In this document: positions 46,306 to 54,546 of the stretch, in pieces
Layout: each line of letters starts with the position of its first letter
Position numbering within the stretch: position 1 is the stretch's first letter
DNA from: Bosea sp. (in: a-proteobacteria)
Lineage (GTDB): Bacteria; Pseudomonadota; Alphaproteobacteria; Rhizobiales; Beijerinckiaceae
Reading direction: 5' to 3'
Assembly: GCF_030695125.1 (NCBI RefSeq)
Contig: NZ_JAUYTP010000039.1
Span: forward strand, 259-64,258
DNA: 64,000 bases
The notes under the pieces: generated by a model
Seen by the model: the letters and a program-made list of their open reading frames with translations, nothing else
Database searches by the model: none
What the model was told of the DNA's origin: nothing
Program-made: the position numbers and the translations under genes

Positions 46306-47189
46306 CAAGCGCATTGGCTTGCGACCCCGCGACCGGCGCGGATTCCGAAGTGCCGGAGGTCGAGTTCGGGCGATCGATTGCAGGTTTCCCAGTCGCCCGC
46401 GTCGGCGTCAGTGCCTTCGCCATGCTGCCGGCGCGCGACCGGCGTCATTATCTCGCGACGGGCTGGCGCATTCCGCGCCCACTCACCGAATGGCGTCGAT
46501 CCGACTTTTACGGCCATTCCGGCGAACTGGCGGATGAGGCGGCTTTCCGCGCAAAGGTCCTGGAGCAGGCGGAGCATCAGCGCGAGAAGAGGGCGCTCGG
46601 TCGCCGTGACGTCCACAGATGGGTGCAGACGCCATGGGGGGTCTCACAGGGCGCGACAGTCTACGCCGAGGGCGTCGAATCGCATTTCACCGCCGGACAT
46701 GGCGGCTTCAAGCTTTCGGCCGAGCGCAATCGTAAGGTTCATGCGCTGTTGCGCGCGGAAGTTGGCTGGTACGAGGAGGACTGCGCCTGGGCGATCGTCG
46801 CCATCACCTTCCCCGACCTTTTTACCCGCTTCGAGCGGCGCTGCGCCGAGCGCTCGGTCAGGGATAGCTGGCCCGACGCATGGGAGACGATCTTCGGCGT
46901 CGTGCTCGCGCCGGGGGAATCCCATGAGAAGGACCGGCGGGCTTTTCATGAGCTTCATGCCGAGAACTGGATCGTGGTCTCGGCGATCGCGTCCGGACAG
47001 CAGAAGGGATTTGTCGAGTGCGTCGCCACGCCAGGCGGCCGGCGCGGCGAGGGAACCGAGGAGCGTCGCTTTCTCGTTCCAGCGGACGAATACGCGGTCG
47101 GCCGGTTCGGCTTCGTCATCAATCCGATCCGTCATGCTGTTTATGGAGGTCCTTCCAGCTTCCTCGGCTGGCAGGGCAGGGTATCGTGA
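46302..47189 (+). CDS. Conserved plasmid/ICE hypothetical protein (295 aa; I recall this as DUF7007-like)
   Basis: ATGA overlap with the upstream gene. HFTAGHGGFKLSAERNRKVHALLRAEVGWYEEDCAWAIVAITFPDLF. Confidence 0.6.
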   Translation: MTSALACDPATGADSEVPEVEFGRSIAGFPVARVGVSAFAMLPARDRRHYLATGWRIPRPLTEWRRSDFYGHSGELADEAAFRAKVLEQAEHQREKRALGRRDVHRWVQTPWGVSQGATVYAEGVESHFTAGHGGFKLSAERNRKVHALLRAEVGWYEEDCAWAIVAITFPDLFTRFERRCAERSVRDSWPDAWETIFGVVLAPGESHEKDRRAFHELHAENWIVVSAIASGQQKGFVECVATPGGRRGEGTEERRFLVPADEYAVGRFGFVINPIRHAVYGGPSSFLGWQGRVS

Positions 47190-47515
47190 TGACGATCCTC
47201 CCTGAGACGTTGGCGCAGCTTTCCCGCATGGAGGAAGCGCGCCGGCAGATCCAGCGCCAGCTCGAGCTGATCGACCGGCAGATCATCCGCCGCGCGACCG
47301 CGTTGGTCCCGCAGCAGCGCAGACGGCAGGGCCTGCAGCGAGGCGAGACATCCGGCGCGCGCATGGTGCTGGAGCGTTATCGCGCAACCCTGGCTGCGCT
47401 GACGGCCGAGCGTCAGCCGGAGATCGACGCGCTGTCGCGCAAGCTCGCGCGGCAGGACCAGGCCATCGCCGCCCATCACGAGCGTCAGCAGATCGCGCTT
47501 TCGCGCGCGGCGTGA
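47189..47515 (+). CDS. Coiled-coil hypothetical protein (108 aa)
   Basis: TGATG overlap with the upstream gene. The sequence is heptad-like and Arg/Gln/Glu-rich (LSRMEEARRQIQRQLELIDRQIIRR). Confidence 0.5.
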   Translation: MTILPETLAQLSRMEEARRQIQRQLELIDRQIIRRATALVPQQRRRQGLQRGETSGARMVLERYRATLAALTAERQPEIDALSRKLARQDQAIAAHHERQQIALSRAA

Positions 47516-47920
47516 CCGGGCGACGCGGGGGGCGGGCGCTGCAGATCCGTCAGCTCCGAGGCAATCGGCGGCGCATGGCTGCTGCGAGGCCCCGACTGTC
47601 TATTTCGGTAGCGTCGCTGAGGCGAGGCCGGGCTGGCCCTTGTCCTCTCGGGTTTGCTGCGGTCTAAACCGTCGGCCAGGCGCTTCAAGGCCGCGTGCCG
47701 CGCCGCGTGGCGGCCGGCCTTCGCCGATCTCGCAGACGAGGCGCAGCGTCCTTCGCGAGGGCTTACGCCCTGCTTGGCCGCAAGCCTCGTCCGCTCGCCT
47801 GGCATAGGCCGGGCCCTGATGCGCCAGGGCATTCGACGGTTCGTATCGACCGCACCCGAGGGGACGACGGCCAAGCGCTGGCCGCGACGCTCGAGGCGAA
47901 ACCGAAGAAAGGAACATTCC

Positions 47921-48508
47921 ATGGCCAAGACCGCACAATCGCCCCGCGAGAGCGCCCGCGTCGTTCCGCTCCGCAAGGGCACGACCATCGAAATGACCCG
48001 GCTCGCCTGCCCCGACCAGCAGCAGGCGCTCCTCATTGCCGAGAGTTTCGGGCTCCCGGTCCTCGACGGCGACGGCATCCGCGACATGCACGAGCGGCTG
48101 ATCGTAGAGACCGCCGCCAGCCTGCAGGAAGCGCTTGGCGAGCGGGCGATGCAGATCCACCTGCAGCGCATCGTCGGCGCCTATGTCGGTTCGGCCCATG
48201 GCGCCGGGCAGTTTTATTCACGCGCAGTCACCGAGGCACGCGACGCCACCGCCAAATCGGCCTGCGATGCTCGCGACGAGGATGTCGATGGCCCGGTCGG
48301 CTTCGACGGCCCCGCCCAGCGCAAACGAGAATTCGCGGCCGACATGGGCGTCCAGGCGCATGCACTGCTTATGGCCGCAGAAGGTGCAGTTACGGCTTAC
48401 GAGCAGGTCATCGGCGAACGATGGAAGCCCTACGAGCGAGCAGCGGAAACCGCCGGGCCATCCGTCGATCGCAAGGCGGCCGCGGCTCAGATGGCCGCCT
48501 TCGGCTGA
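47921..48508 (+). CDS. Hypothetical protein (195 aa)
   Basis: SD GAAAGGAAC. MAKTAQSPRESARVVPLRKGTTIEMTRLACPDQQQALLIAESFGLPVLDG... It is preceded by a 400-bp non-coding GC-rich spacer. Confidence 0.55.
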   Translation: MAKTAQSPRESARVVPLRKGTTIEMTRLACPDQQQALLIAESFGLPVLDGDGIRDMHERLIVETAASLQEALGERAMQIHLQRIVGAYVGSAHGAGQFYSRAVTEARDATAKSACDARDEDVDGPVGFDGPAQRKREFAADMGVQAHALLMAAEGAVTAYEQVIGERWKPYERAAETAGPSVDRKAAAAQMAAFG

Positions 48509-48514
48509 GGCTTG

Positions 48515-48540
48515 GCGAGCGGGGCGTCAGCCCCGCTCGC
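48515..48540. terminator. Bidirectional terminator hairpin between convergent genes
   Basis: gcgagcggggc-gtca-gccccgctcgc, an 11-bp stem between the stop at 48508 (+) and the vapC stop at 48573 (-). Confidence 0.6.
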
Positions 48541-48572
48541 TATCTCTACGGTCCGTGCGATCGGACAACCGT

Positions 48573-49046
48573 TCACCGCAACCGTTTTCCGATAGATCGA
48601 ACCGGAAACCGTTCCGGATCATCGTTCCAAGGATCGAACACCACCGCGCCGGTGGCGCTCATGTCCTTGGTGTTGCGGGTCACGAGATACAAGTCGTACT
48701 CGATCGCCGTTGCCGCCAGCAGCGTGTCGATCACCGGCGGCGGATGACCGCTCGCCCGCCTGATCTCTCCCGACATCCGCCCCCAGGCCAGCACGACCGG
48801 GTTGCTGACGCCGAGCATTCGATCCTGGAATCGTTGCGCCAGGGCGTCGCGGGCGGCCTTGTATCTCGGCCGGTCGGGATGATCGGGCGCTAGGTTGAAA
48901 ATCCCCTTGTCGTATTCGGCCAGCGTCAGGATGCTGATGAAGAAGCTGTCCTCGCGCTGGTCGCGCGCCCATCCCTTGACGGACGGCGCACCATTGGGAT
49001 TGATCAGCGCGGCGACGACGTTGGTGTCGAGAAGCCAGCCTTTCAA
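48573..49046 (-). CDS. vapC: PIN-domain toxin VapC
   Basis: Begins MKGWLLDTNVV (first acidic PIN residue), with LTLAEY and a C-terminal TRNTKD. ATGA overlap with vapB. Confidence 0.85.
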   Translation of the reverse strand: MKGWLLDTNVVAALINPNGAPSVKGWARDQREDSFFISILTLAEYDKGIFNLAPDHPDRPRYKAARDALAQRFQDRMLGVSNPVVLAWGRMSGEIRRASGHPPPVIDTLLAATAIEYDLYLVTRNTKDMSATGAVVFDPWNDDPERFPVRSIGKRLR

Positions 49047-49309
49047 AGTTCGACGTCCCGCCCGAAATCCGCTTCGCGGGCTAAGTCGAGCCCGTCCAGA
49101 TGCAGGCTCTCCATGAAGTCGACGAAGGGCGCCTGCTGCTCTTGCGGAACCAGACGCTCGAATTCCTCGACGCTCATGACCACGACCGCGTCATGGCCTC
49201 GCACGCTCACCCGCTGCGGCCCCACGGTCCGAGCGTGACGCACGACTTCGCTGAAGCGCGCTTTTGCGTCTTCGAGCTTCCATCGTCCTTGAGGTATTGC
49301 CTTGGCCAT
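49043..49309 (-). CDS. vapB: Phd/YefM-type antitoxin (VapB)
   Basis: 88 aa. WKLEDAKARFSEVVRHARTVGPQRVSVRGHDAVVVMSVEEFERL is the typical Phd/YefM N-domain. Confidence 0.8.
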   Translation of the reverse strand: MAKAIPQGRWKLEDAKARFSEVVRHARTVGPQRVSVRGHDAVVVMSVEEFERLVPQEQQAPFVDFMESLHLDGLDLAREADFGRDVEL

Positions 49310-49598
49310 TCACGCAGCTCTTTTCGTCATGATATTCGAGCTAGTCAGCTAGTCAGAAGATAGCGGCTCTCGGCCCCCGGCGCCAGCCCTCGGACACGAG
49401 ATAGGACTGCCAAGTCCGATCGGCCGATCGCGACCCGTCCCGGCCGACGGTCTTGGCCGGGACGGCATCGGCTGCAACGGCTTTGCCGTCTTCCACTTCG
49501 TTCCAGCCCTTCAGGTGCAGCCATCGCCTGGGCTCCCGGCTTTTCGACCTTTCGTGACGGGGTCGCGATCGGCGCGACCTCCACAAGGAGGTTGGATC

Positions 49599-50525
49599 AT
49601 GAGCAAGTCAGAAGAGAAACCGCGCGCGGACATTTATGCCCGGATCACCGACAGGATTGTCGCGCAACTGGAACAGGGCGTGCGCCCGTGGATGCAGCCT
49701 TGGCGTTCAGATCGTGGCAGCGGAAACGTGACACGGCCACTACGGCATAACGGGCTGCCCTATAGCGGAATGAACGTGCTCCTGCTCTGGTCTGAGGCTG
49801 CGGCGCGCGGCTTTTCCTCCCCGGTCTGGATGACATTCAAGCAGGCGCTTGAACTCGGCGGCGCGGTCCGCAAAGGCGAGAGCGGATCGATGGTTGTCTT
49901 CGCCAGCCGCTTCAAGAAAACCGAAACCGATGCCTCGGGCGACGTGGTCGATCGCGAAATTCCATTCCTCAAATCATACACGGTCTTCAACGCCGAGCAG
50001 ATCGACGGCCTGCCCGCCAACGATCGCAACCAGTCCGAACCGGCTTGCGATCCGATCGAGCGGATCGACCATGCCGATCGCTTCTTCGCCCAAACCGGCG
50101 CCGTCATCCGACATGGTGGCGACCGCGCCTACTATTCCCCGGCGACGGACCATATTCAGATGCCGCCCTTTGCGACGTTTCGCGATGGCGCGTCTTATGT
50201 CGCGACGCTGAGCCATGAGGCGGCCCATTGGACAGCAGCCCCATATCGCGTGAATCGCGACCTTAGCCGCTACGGCAAGGACCGCAGCGAGAGGGCGCGC
50301 GAGGAGCTGATCGCGGAACTTGGAAGCTGCTTCCTCTGCGCCGATCTTGGCATTGCGCCGGAGCTGGAGCCGCGTCCAGATCACGCCAGCTATCTCGCTT
50401 CCTGGCTCGAGGTTCTGTCCAACGACAAGCGCTTCATCTTTTCGGCCGCGGCGCATGCACAGCGGGCCGTCTCCTATCTCCACGGGCTTCAGCCGCAGGC
50501 AGGCTGGATCGCGGAGGCTGCATGA
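49599..50525 (+). CDS. ardC: ArdC-type antirestriction protein (ssDNA-binding N-domain plus zincin metalloprotease domain)
   Basis: SD AAGGAGG. IYARITDRIVAQLEQGVRPWMQPW...PYSGMNVLLLW...VWMTFKQALELGGAVRKGE is the ArdC-N/DUF1738 pattern. HEAAHWT is the HExxH motif. Confidence 0.85.
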   Translation: MSKSEEKPRADIYARITDRIVAQLEQGVRPWMQPWRSDRGSGNVTRPLRHNGLPYSGMNVLLLWSEAAARGFSSPVWMTFKQALELGGAVRKGESGSMVVFASRFKKTETDASGDVVDREIPFLKSYTVFNAEQIDGLPANDRNQSEPACDPIERIDHADRFFAQTGAVIRHGGDRAYYSPATDHIQMPPFATFRDGASYVATLSHEAAHWTAAPYRVNRDLSRYGKDRSERAREELIAELGSCFLCADLGIAPELEPRPDHASYLASWLEVLSNDKRFIFSAAAHAQRAVSYLHGLQPQAGWIAEAA

Positions 50526-50698
50526 ATAGTCGAGCTCGATGATGCCAGAGCCAGTTCGGGATTTGCGGAGAGCGCTATCACCATGCGTTTCCCGGGCGTT
50601 TGCTGGGCCTTGCGTCCACTGCGTCCTCGATGGGCATGTCTGACCGGAGGCCGTCGTCGCTGGCGCGCCGTCTCGCTCTCACACCTGCAACGGCCGTC

Positions 50699-50756
50699 CG
50701 CGACTTTCTTCCCCTGGGCCCTTCGGTCCCATTCCTCGCGAAGCAAGAAAGTCGCG
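50699..50756 (+). other. Long-range hairpin upstream of the DUF736 gene
   Basis: cgcgactttctt (50699-50710) pairs with aagaaagtcgcg (50745-50756): a 12-bp stem and 34-nt loop inside a 350-bp ORF-free spacer. Confidence 0.35.
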
Positions 50757-50877
50757 CCCGACCGTCCTCCACTGCGTTGCGGTCCTTTCAGGATGCAGGT
50801 CGATCGCCTCCGGTCTTTTGACTGCCATCGAGGCCGCGATGGGCGCAAGGTCTCGAACAAGCAGAAGGAACTCCACA

Positions 50878-51186
50878 ATGGCGATCATCGGTAGCTTCAC
50901 CTCGAACGGCGACGGCTTCAACGGCACGATCAAGACCCTCAACCTCAACGTCAAAGCCAAGATGGTGCGACCCGAGCGGCCATCCGAAAAGGGCCCGGCC
51001 TTTCGCATCCTCGCAGGCAATGTCGAATTCGGCGCGGCCTGGCAAAAGACCTCGACCGAGGGGCGCGACTATCTCTCGGTCAAGCTCGACGATCCGAGTT
51101 TTCCTGCCGCCATCTATGCCACGCTGATCGAGGTCGAGGGCAGCGACGGCCTGCAGCTCATCTGGTCCCGGCCGACCCGCGACTGA
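50878..51186 (+). CDS. DUF736-family protein
   Basis: [33 protein letters not shown]... is the characteristic DUF736 N-terminus. SD GAAGGAAC. Confidence 0.8.
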   Translation: MAIIGSFTSNGDGFNGTIKTLNLNVKAKMVRPERPSEKGPAFRILAGNVEFGAAWQKTSTEGRDYLSVKLDDPSFPAAIYATLIEVEGSDGLQLIWSRPTRD

Positions 51187-51200
51187 GACCAGTCCAAGAT

Positions 51201-51222
51201 GGCCCCGCCGCGAGGCGGGGCC
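51201..51222 (+). terminator. Terminator-like GC hairpin after the DUF736 gene
   Basis: ggccccgcc-gcga-ggcggggcc, a 9-bp stem with a weak or absent U-tract. Confidence 0.4.
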
Positions 51223-51284
51223 AATCCTTCGGACCCGGCATCGCCAGCGCAACGGTCCGCCTTTTCCCTACCCGCCAGTTCGGA

Positions 51285-51375
51285 TGTGGTTTGAACCACA
51301 ACTGACCCGATGAAGCGGTCGGCGGACGCTTTGTGGTTCAAACCACACTTTTGGCAATTGGTGGTTCAAACCACA
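51285..51375. repeat. Three copies of a 16-bp parS-like palindrome TGTGGTT(TG/CA)AACCACA
   Basis: tgtggtttgaaccaca (51285-51300), tgtggttcaaaccaca (51332-51347) and ggtggttcaaaccaca (51360-51375). Confidence 0.65.
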
Positions 51376-51621
51376 TCTCGATCCTTGCACGCTCTGAGCT
51401 TTGTTAGCCGCCCTGGCGCTTCCTGTGCGAGCTGGAGGGGCTCTCTGGTCGGCCTAGTGTACGGCCGGCGGAGCCCGCCTCAAGGACGTGCGGTGCCCCC
51501 AAAATGCTTCGCATTTCGGCTCCCCCACGCGCCGCCTCCGGCGGTCGGCTGCGCCGATCCTTGACCCGGTCTCCACCGACGCGTGGCGCGCCTTCGTCCA
51601 TTCAAGACGAAGGAGGTTCTC

Positions 51622-51828
51622 ATGACCATGCCGATCGATCAGCAGATTGCCGAAATCAAGGCCGAACTGAACAATGCCTGCCTGACGCCGCGCGAGCGGC
51701 GCGAAGCGCAGCACGAGCTGGAATTCCTGACCGAGCAGGACCGCAGCGATGCGGAGACGGCCTACTTCACGAAGGTCGAGGTCTGGGCTGCGGGCCAGGC
51801 GGTGGATCTCGCAGCGCTGCCGTTCTGA
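51622..51828 (+). CDS. Small hypothetical protein (68 aa)
   Basis: Strong SD AAGGAGG. MTMPIDQQIAEIKAELNNACLTPRERREAQHELEFLTEQDRSDAETAYF... A terminator follows it. Confidence 0.55.
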   Translation: MTMPIDQQIAEIKAELNNACLTPRERREAQHELEFLTEQDRSDAETAYFTKVEVWAAGQAVDLAALPF

Positions 51829-51846
51829 ACATCACGAATCGAACTG

Positions 51847-51881
51847 GCCGGTCTGACGCGACACGCGTCGGGCCGGCTTTT
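51847..51881 (+). terminator. Rho-independent terminator
   Basis: gccgg-tct-gacgcg-aca-cgcgtc-ggg-ccggc followed by tttt. Confidence 0.7.
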
Positions 51882-51952
51882 CGCATGTCGCCCGCGCCTG
51901 CGCTTGCTTCGCTGCGCGCAGGCGCGAGCTGTCCATGCCGCCTCGCCCGCGG

Positions 51953-51968
51953 TGTGGTTTGAACCGCA
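51953..51968. repeat. parS-like palindrome copy 4 (one mismatch)
   Basis: tgtggtttgaaccgca, about 80 nt upstream of the parA ATG. Confidence 0.55.
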
Positions 51969-52049
51969 CCGTCACGTCATCGCCGCGATCGGCCGTCAGA
52001 AGGCGTCCCGCATCGGAGTTGCCGGGACCAGCGTCATGTCGCGTTCGCC

Positions 52050-52793
52050 ATGAAGACCATCGTGATCAACAATCAGAAGGGCGGCGTCGGCAAGACGACG
52101 CTCGCCGTCCACCTTGCCTGGCACCTCGCCGAGACCGGCGGTCGCGTGCTGCTGATCGACGCGGATGCCCAGGGCAATGCCACCGACACGATGAAGCGGC
52201 ATCGTGTCGACGTCACCGCCGCCGAGCTGTTTCGACCAGGCAGGGTGCCTGTGGCTGGCGGGGCCGACGGGATCACGCTCGCGGCTTCGGACAGCTCGCT
52301 CACCGACGTTGATCGCGGCGACGCGGCCGGCATCCAGCAGTTTCGCGACAATCTGCGCTCGGTGAGCGATGCATTCGACGTCTGCGTCATCGACACGCCG
52401 CCTTCGCTCGGCCTGCGCAGCGTGGCCGCGCTCGTCGCCGCGACGCATGTACTGTCGCCGATCTATCTCGAGGACTATTCGGTGAAGGGCGTGAAGGGTC
52501 TTCTCCAGACCGTGATCGGCGTGCAGCAGCGCTATGGCCGCTCCGACATGAAGTTCCTCGGGCTGCTGCCGTCGAACTTCAACACGAAGTCACCGCGCCA
52601 ACGGACGCATCTCGACCAGCTTCTGCGCGAGGCGGGCAAGCACGTCTTTCCGGGCCACATCGTCGCGCGTGACGGCTATGCCGAGGCGGTGGCGGAGGGC
52701 GTTCCGGTCTGGACATTGAAGAAGCGCTCGGCGCAGGAGGCCGGTCGCGAAATCCGCACCGTGCTGTCGCGCATCGTCGAGCAGATGGGGTGA
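52050..52793 (+). CDS. parA: ParA partition ATPase
   Basis: MKTIVINNQKGGVGKTTLAVHLA is the deviant Walker A. 247 aa. Confidence 0.9.
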   Translation: MKTIVINNQKGGVGKTTLAVHLAWHLAETGGRVLLIDADAQGNATDTMKRHRVDVTAAELFRPGRVPVAGGADGITLAASDSSLTDVDRGDAAGIQQFRDNLRSVSDAFDVCVIDTPPSLGLRSVAALVAATHVLSPIYLEDYSVKGVKGLLQTVIGVQQRYGRSDMKFLGLLPSNFNTKSPRQRTHLDQLLREAGKHVFPGHIVARDGYAEAVAEGVPVWTLKKRSAQEAGREIRTVLSRIVEQMG

Positions 52794-52797
52794 TGGC

Positions 52798-53748
52798 ATG
52801 GCGCTGGATCTGAGCTTCAAGGACCTCGCTGACGTCGCTGTCGGCAACGCGTCCGACGGTCGGCCGCTCAAGGTCGCACTGGACCTGATCGACGAGGATC
52901 CTGATCAGCCGCGGCGCGAGTTTCCCGAGGAGGAACTACAGAACTTGGCGGCCTCGGTTCGGATCGATGGCATTCTTCAGCCGATCGTGGTCCGGCGCGC
53001 GCAACAGGCCGGGCGCTTCATCATCGTGATGGGAGCGCGGAGATACCGGGCGGCAAAGCTCGCCGAGCTTAATGAGGCGCCCATCTTCATTCAGGATGCG
53101 GATGAAGCGAACCCCTACGCCCAGATGGTCGAGAACATCCAGCGCGATGATCTGAAGCCCAGCGAGATCGCACGCTTCATCACGGCGCGGCTCGAGGCCG
53201 GTGAGAAGCAGACCGAGGTTGCGCGACGTCTCGGCAAACCGCGCGACTGGGTTTCGCGCTATGGCGCGGTGCCGAAGATGCCGCCCTTCCTGCAGGAGAT
53301 GCTGGCAACGAGTTCGATCCGCGCCGTCTACGAACTCTATCAGGCCTGGCGACAGGAGCCGGGAGAGGTTGAGCGCGCGGTCGAGGACGGCACGGCCTTC
53401 ACCGATGGTCAGGCGCGGGAGTTTGCGGCGACGGTCCGAGCATCCGGCACGCTGCCAGGATCGATCGATGCGACGGCCGACGAGACGGATGGCTCCATGG
53501 AGCGCGTCGAGCAGAGTGGTCGACCTGACCGGAGTGCGCGCACTCCCGCAGCGATAGTGCCGCAATCGCGTCCTGCGGCTAAGGGGGTGGCTGTTGTGCG
53601 GGTCCGTGTCGGCAAGCGGCGCGGTGCGTTGGTGCTCGATGATGCGTCGGCGAGAAGCCACGGGTTCGCGCGCGTTGCATTCGATGACGGCTCGGTTGAG
53701 GATGCGGGCGTGACCGCGCTTCGGATCGAAGCGGTTCTCCTCGGCTGA
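52798..53748 (+). CDS. parB: ParB partition protein
   Basis: ParB N-domain motifs LQPIVVR and IVMGARRYRAAKLA, followed by an HTH region (QTEVARRLGKPRDWVSRY). Confidence 0.85.
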   Translation: MALDLSFKDLADVAVGNASDGRPLKVALDLIDEDPDQPRREFPEEELQNLAASVRIDGILQPIVVRRAQQAGRFIIVMGARRYRAAKLAELNEAPIFIQDADEANPYAQMVENIQRDDLKPSEIARFITARLEAGEKQTEVARRLGKPRDWVSRYGAVPKMPPFLQEMLATSSIRAVYELYQAWRQEPGEVERAVEDGTAFTDGQAREFAATVRASGTLPGSIDATADETDGSMERVEQSGRPDRSARTPAAIVPQSRPAAKGVAVVRVRVGKRRGALVLDDASARSHGFARVAFDDGSVEDAGVTALRIEAVLLG

Positions 53749-53776
53749 CATTGCGAGACCAGCGCCTCACTCAGAG

Positions 53777-53792
53777 TGTGGTTTGAACCACA
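53777..53792. repeat. parS-like palindrome copy 5
   Basis: tgtggtttgaaccaca, 29 nt after the parB stop. Confidence 0.6.
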
Positions 53793-53967
53793 CTGCGTCA
53801 TTCCAAGGGCGGTCTCATTTCCTAAACCGGGACAGCATCGCCGGTTTGCTGTGGGCCGCCGAGAGCGCTCATCAGCTGCCCCTTCACGAATCGTTAACCG
53901 AGGAGGATTGTTGAGAGTCTTGGAGTTGCTTGTTAGTGCAGGATAGGCTTGCCGCCAGCGAATTATT

Positions 53968-54002
53968 ACGCCAGTTTGGCGTGGCGACGCGCTTTGGCGC
54001 GT
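53968..54002. other. Candidate oriT: two adjacent hairpins upstream of mobC
   Basis: acgcca-gtt-tggcgt (53968-53982) and acgcgc-tttg-gcgcgt (53987-54002), 35-70 nt upstream of the MobC start in a 290-bp ORF-free spacer. Confidence 0.4.
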
Positions 54003-54036
54003 AGATGGTTCTCGTGACTGTCGAGAGGACGCCCTG

Positions 54037-54546
54037 ATGCCAACGCTGACGTTGCGGGTTTCGGATGAGTTGGCGCTTCAGTTCGCGGCGCTGGCGGCGA
54101 CGGAAGGTGGGAAGTCGGCGCTCATCCGGCGGCTGCTCGAGGGCGCAGTCGGCGCGCCGGAATCGAAGCGAGCGCCGGTCGCGGTCGGCTCGCCGCAGAA
54201 AGTGACGGTGCGCTTCCGCGAGAGCGAACTGCGTCAGCTTGGCGAGATGGCGACGGCGCGGGGGATGACGCGGACGCAGTGGATCACGTCACTGGTGCGG
54301 TCCCGTCTTGGCGCGCCGGCGCAGCAGTCTGATGGCGAGCGCGAGGCGCTGCGAGCGATCGCACGCGAGCTGAATCGGATCGGCGGCAACATCAATCAGA
54401 TCGCGCGGGCCGCGAACGGTGGCGAGGGTGGCTCGGCCGGAGGCTCCAAGTCCGGGTTGGATGATGCGCGTGTGGCGCTGGAGGCACTCCAGGGCGAATT
54501 GAAGGATGTGCTCGAACGGACCAGCACCTATTGGGAGGGCCGCTGA
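54037..54546 (+). CDS. mobC: MobC-type relaxosome accessory protein with N-terminal RHH
   Basis: The RHH-like start is MPTLTLRVSDELALQF. The MobC signature is LRAIARELNRIGGNINQIARAAN. Confidence 0.8.
   Translation: MPTLTLRVSDELALQFAALAATEGGKSALIRRLLEGAVGAPESKRAPVAVGSPQKVTVRFRESELRQLGEMATARGMTRTQWITSLVRSRLGAPAQQSDGEREALRAIARELNRIGGNINQIARAANGGEGGSAGGSKSGLDDARVALEALQGELKDVLERTSTYWEGR

Noticed and set aside
51285-53792. The repeated 16-mers, the 19-bp tni repeats or the cbb spacer hairpins as a CRISPR array
   Set aside because: There are too few copies, the spacing is irregular, the motifs are palindromic protein-binding-site-like sequences, and no cas genes are present.
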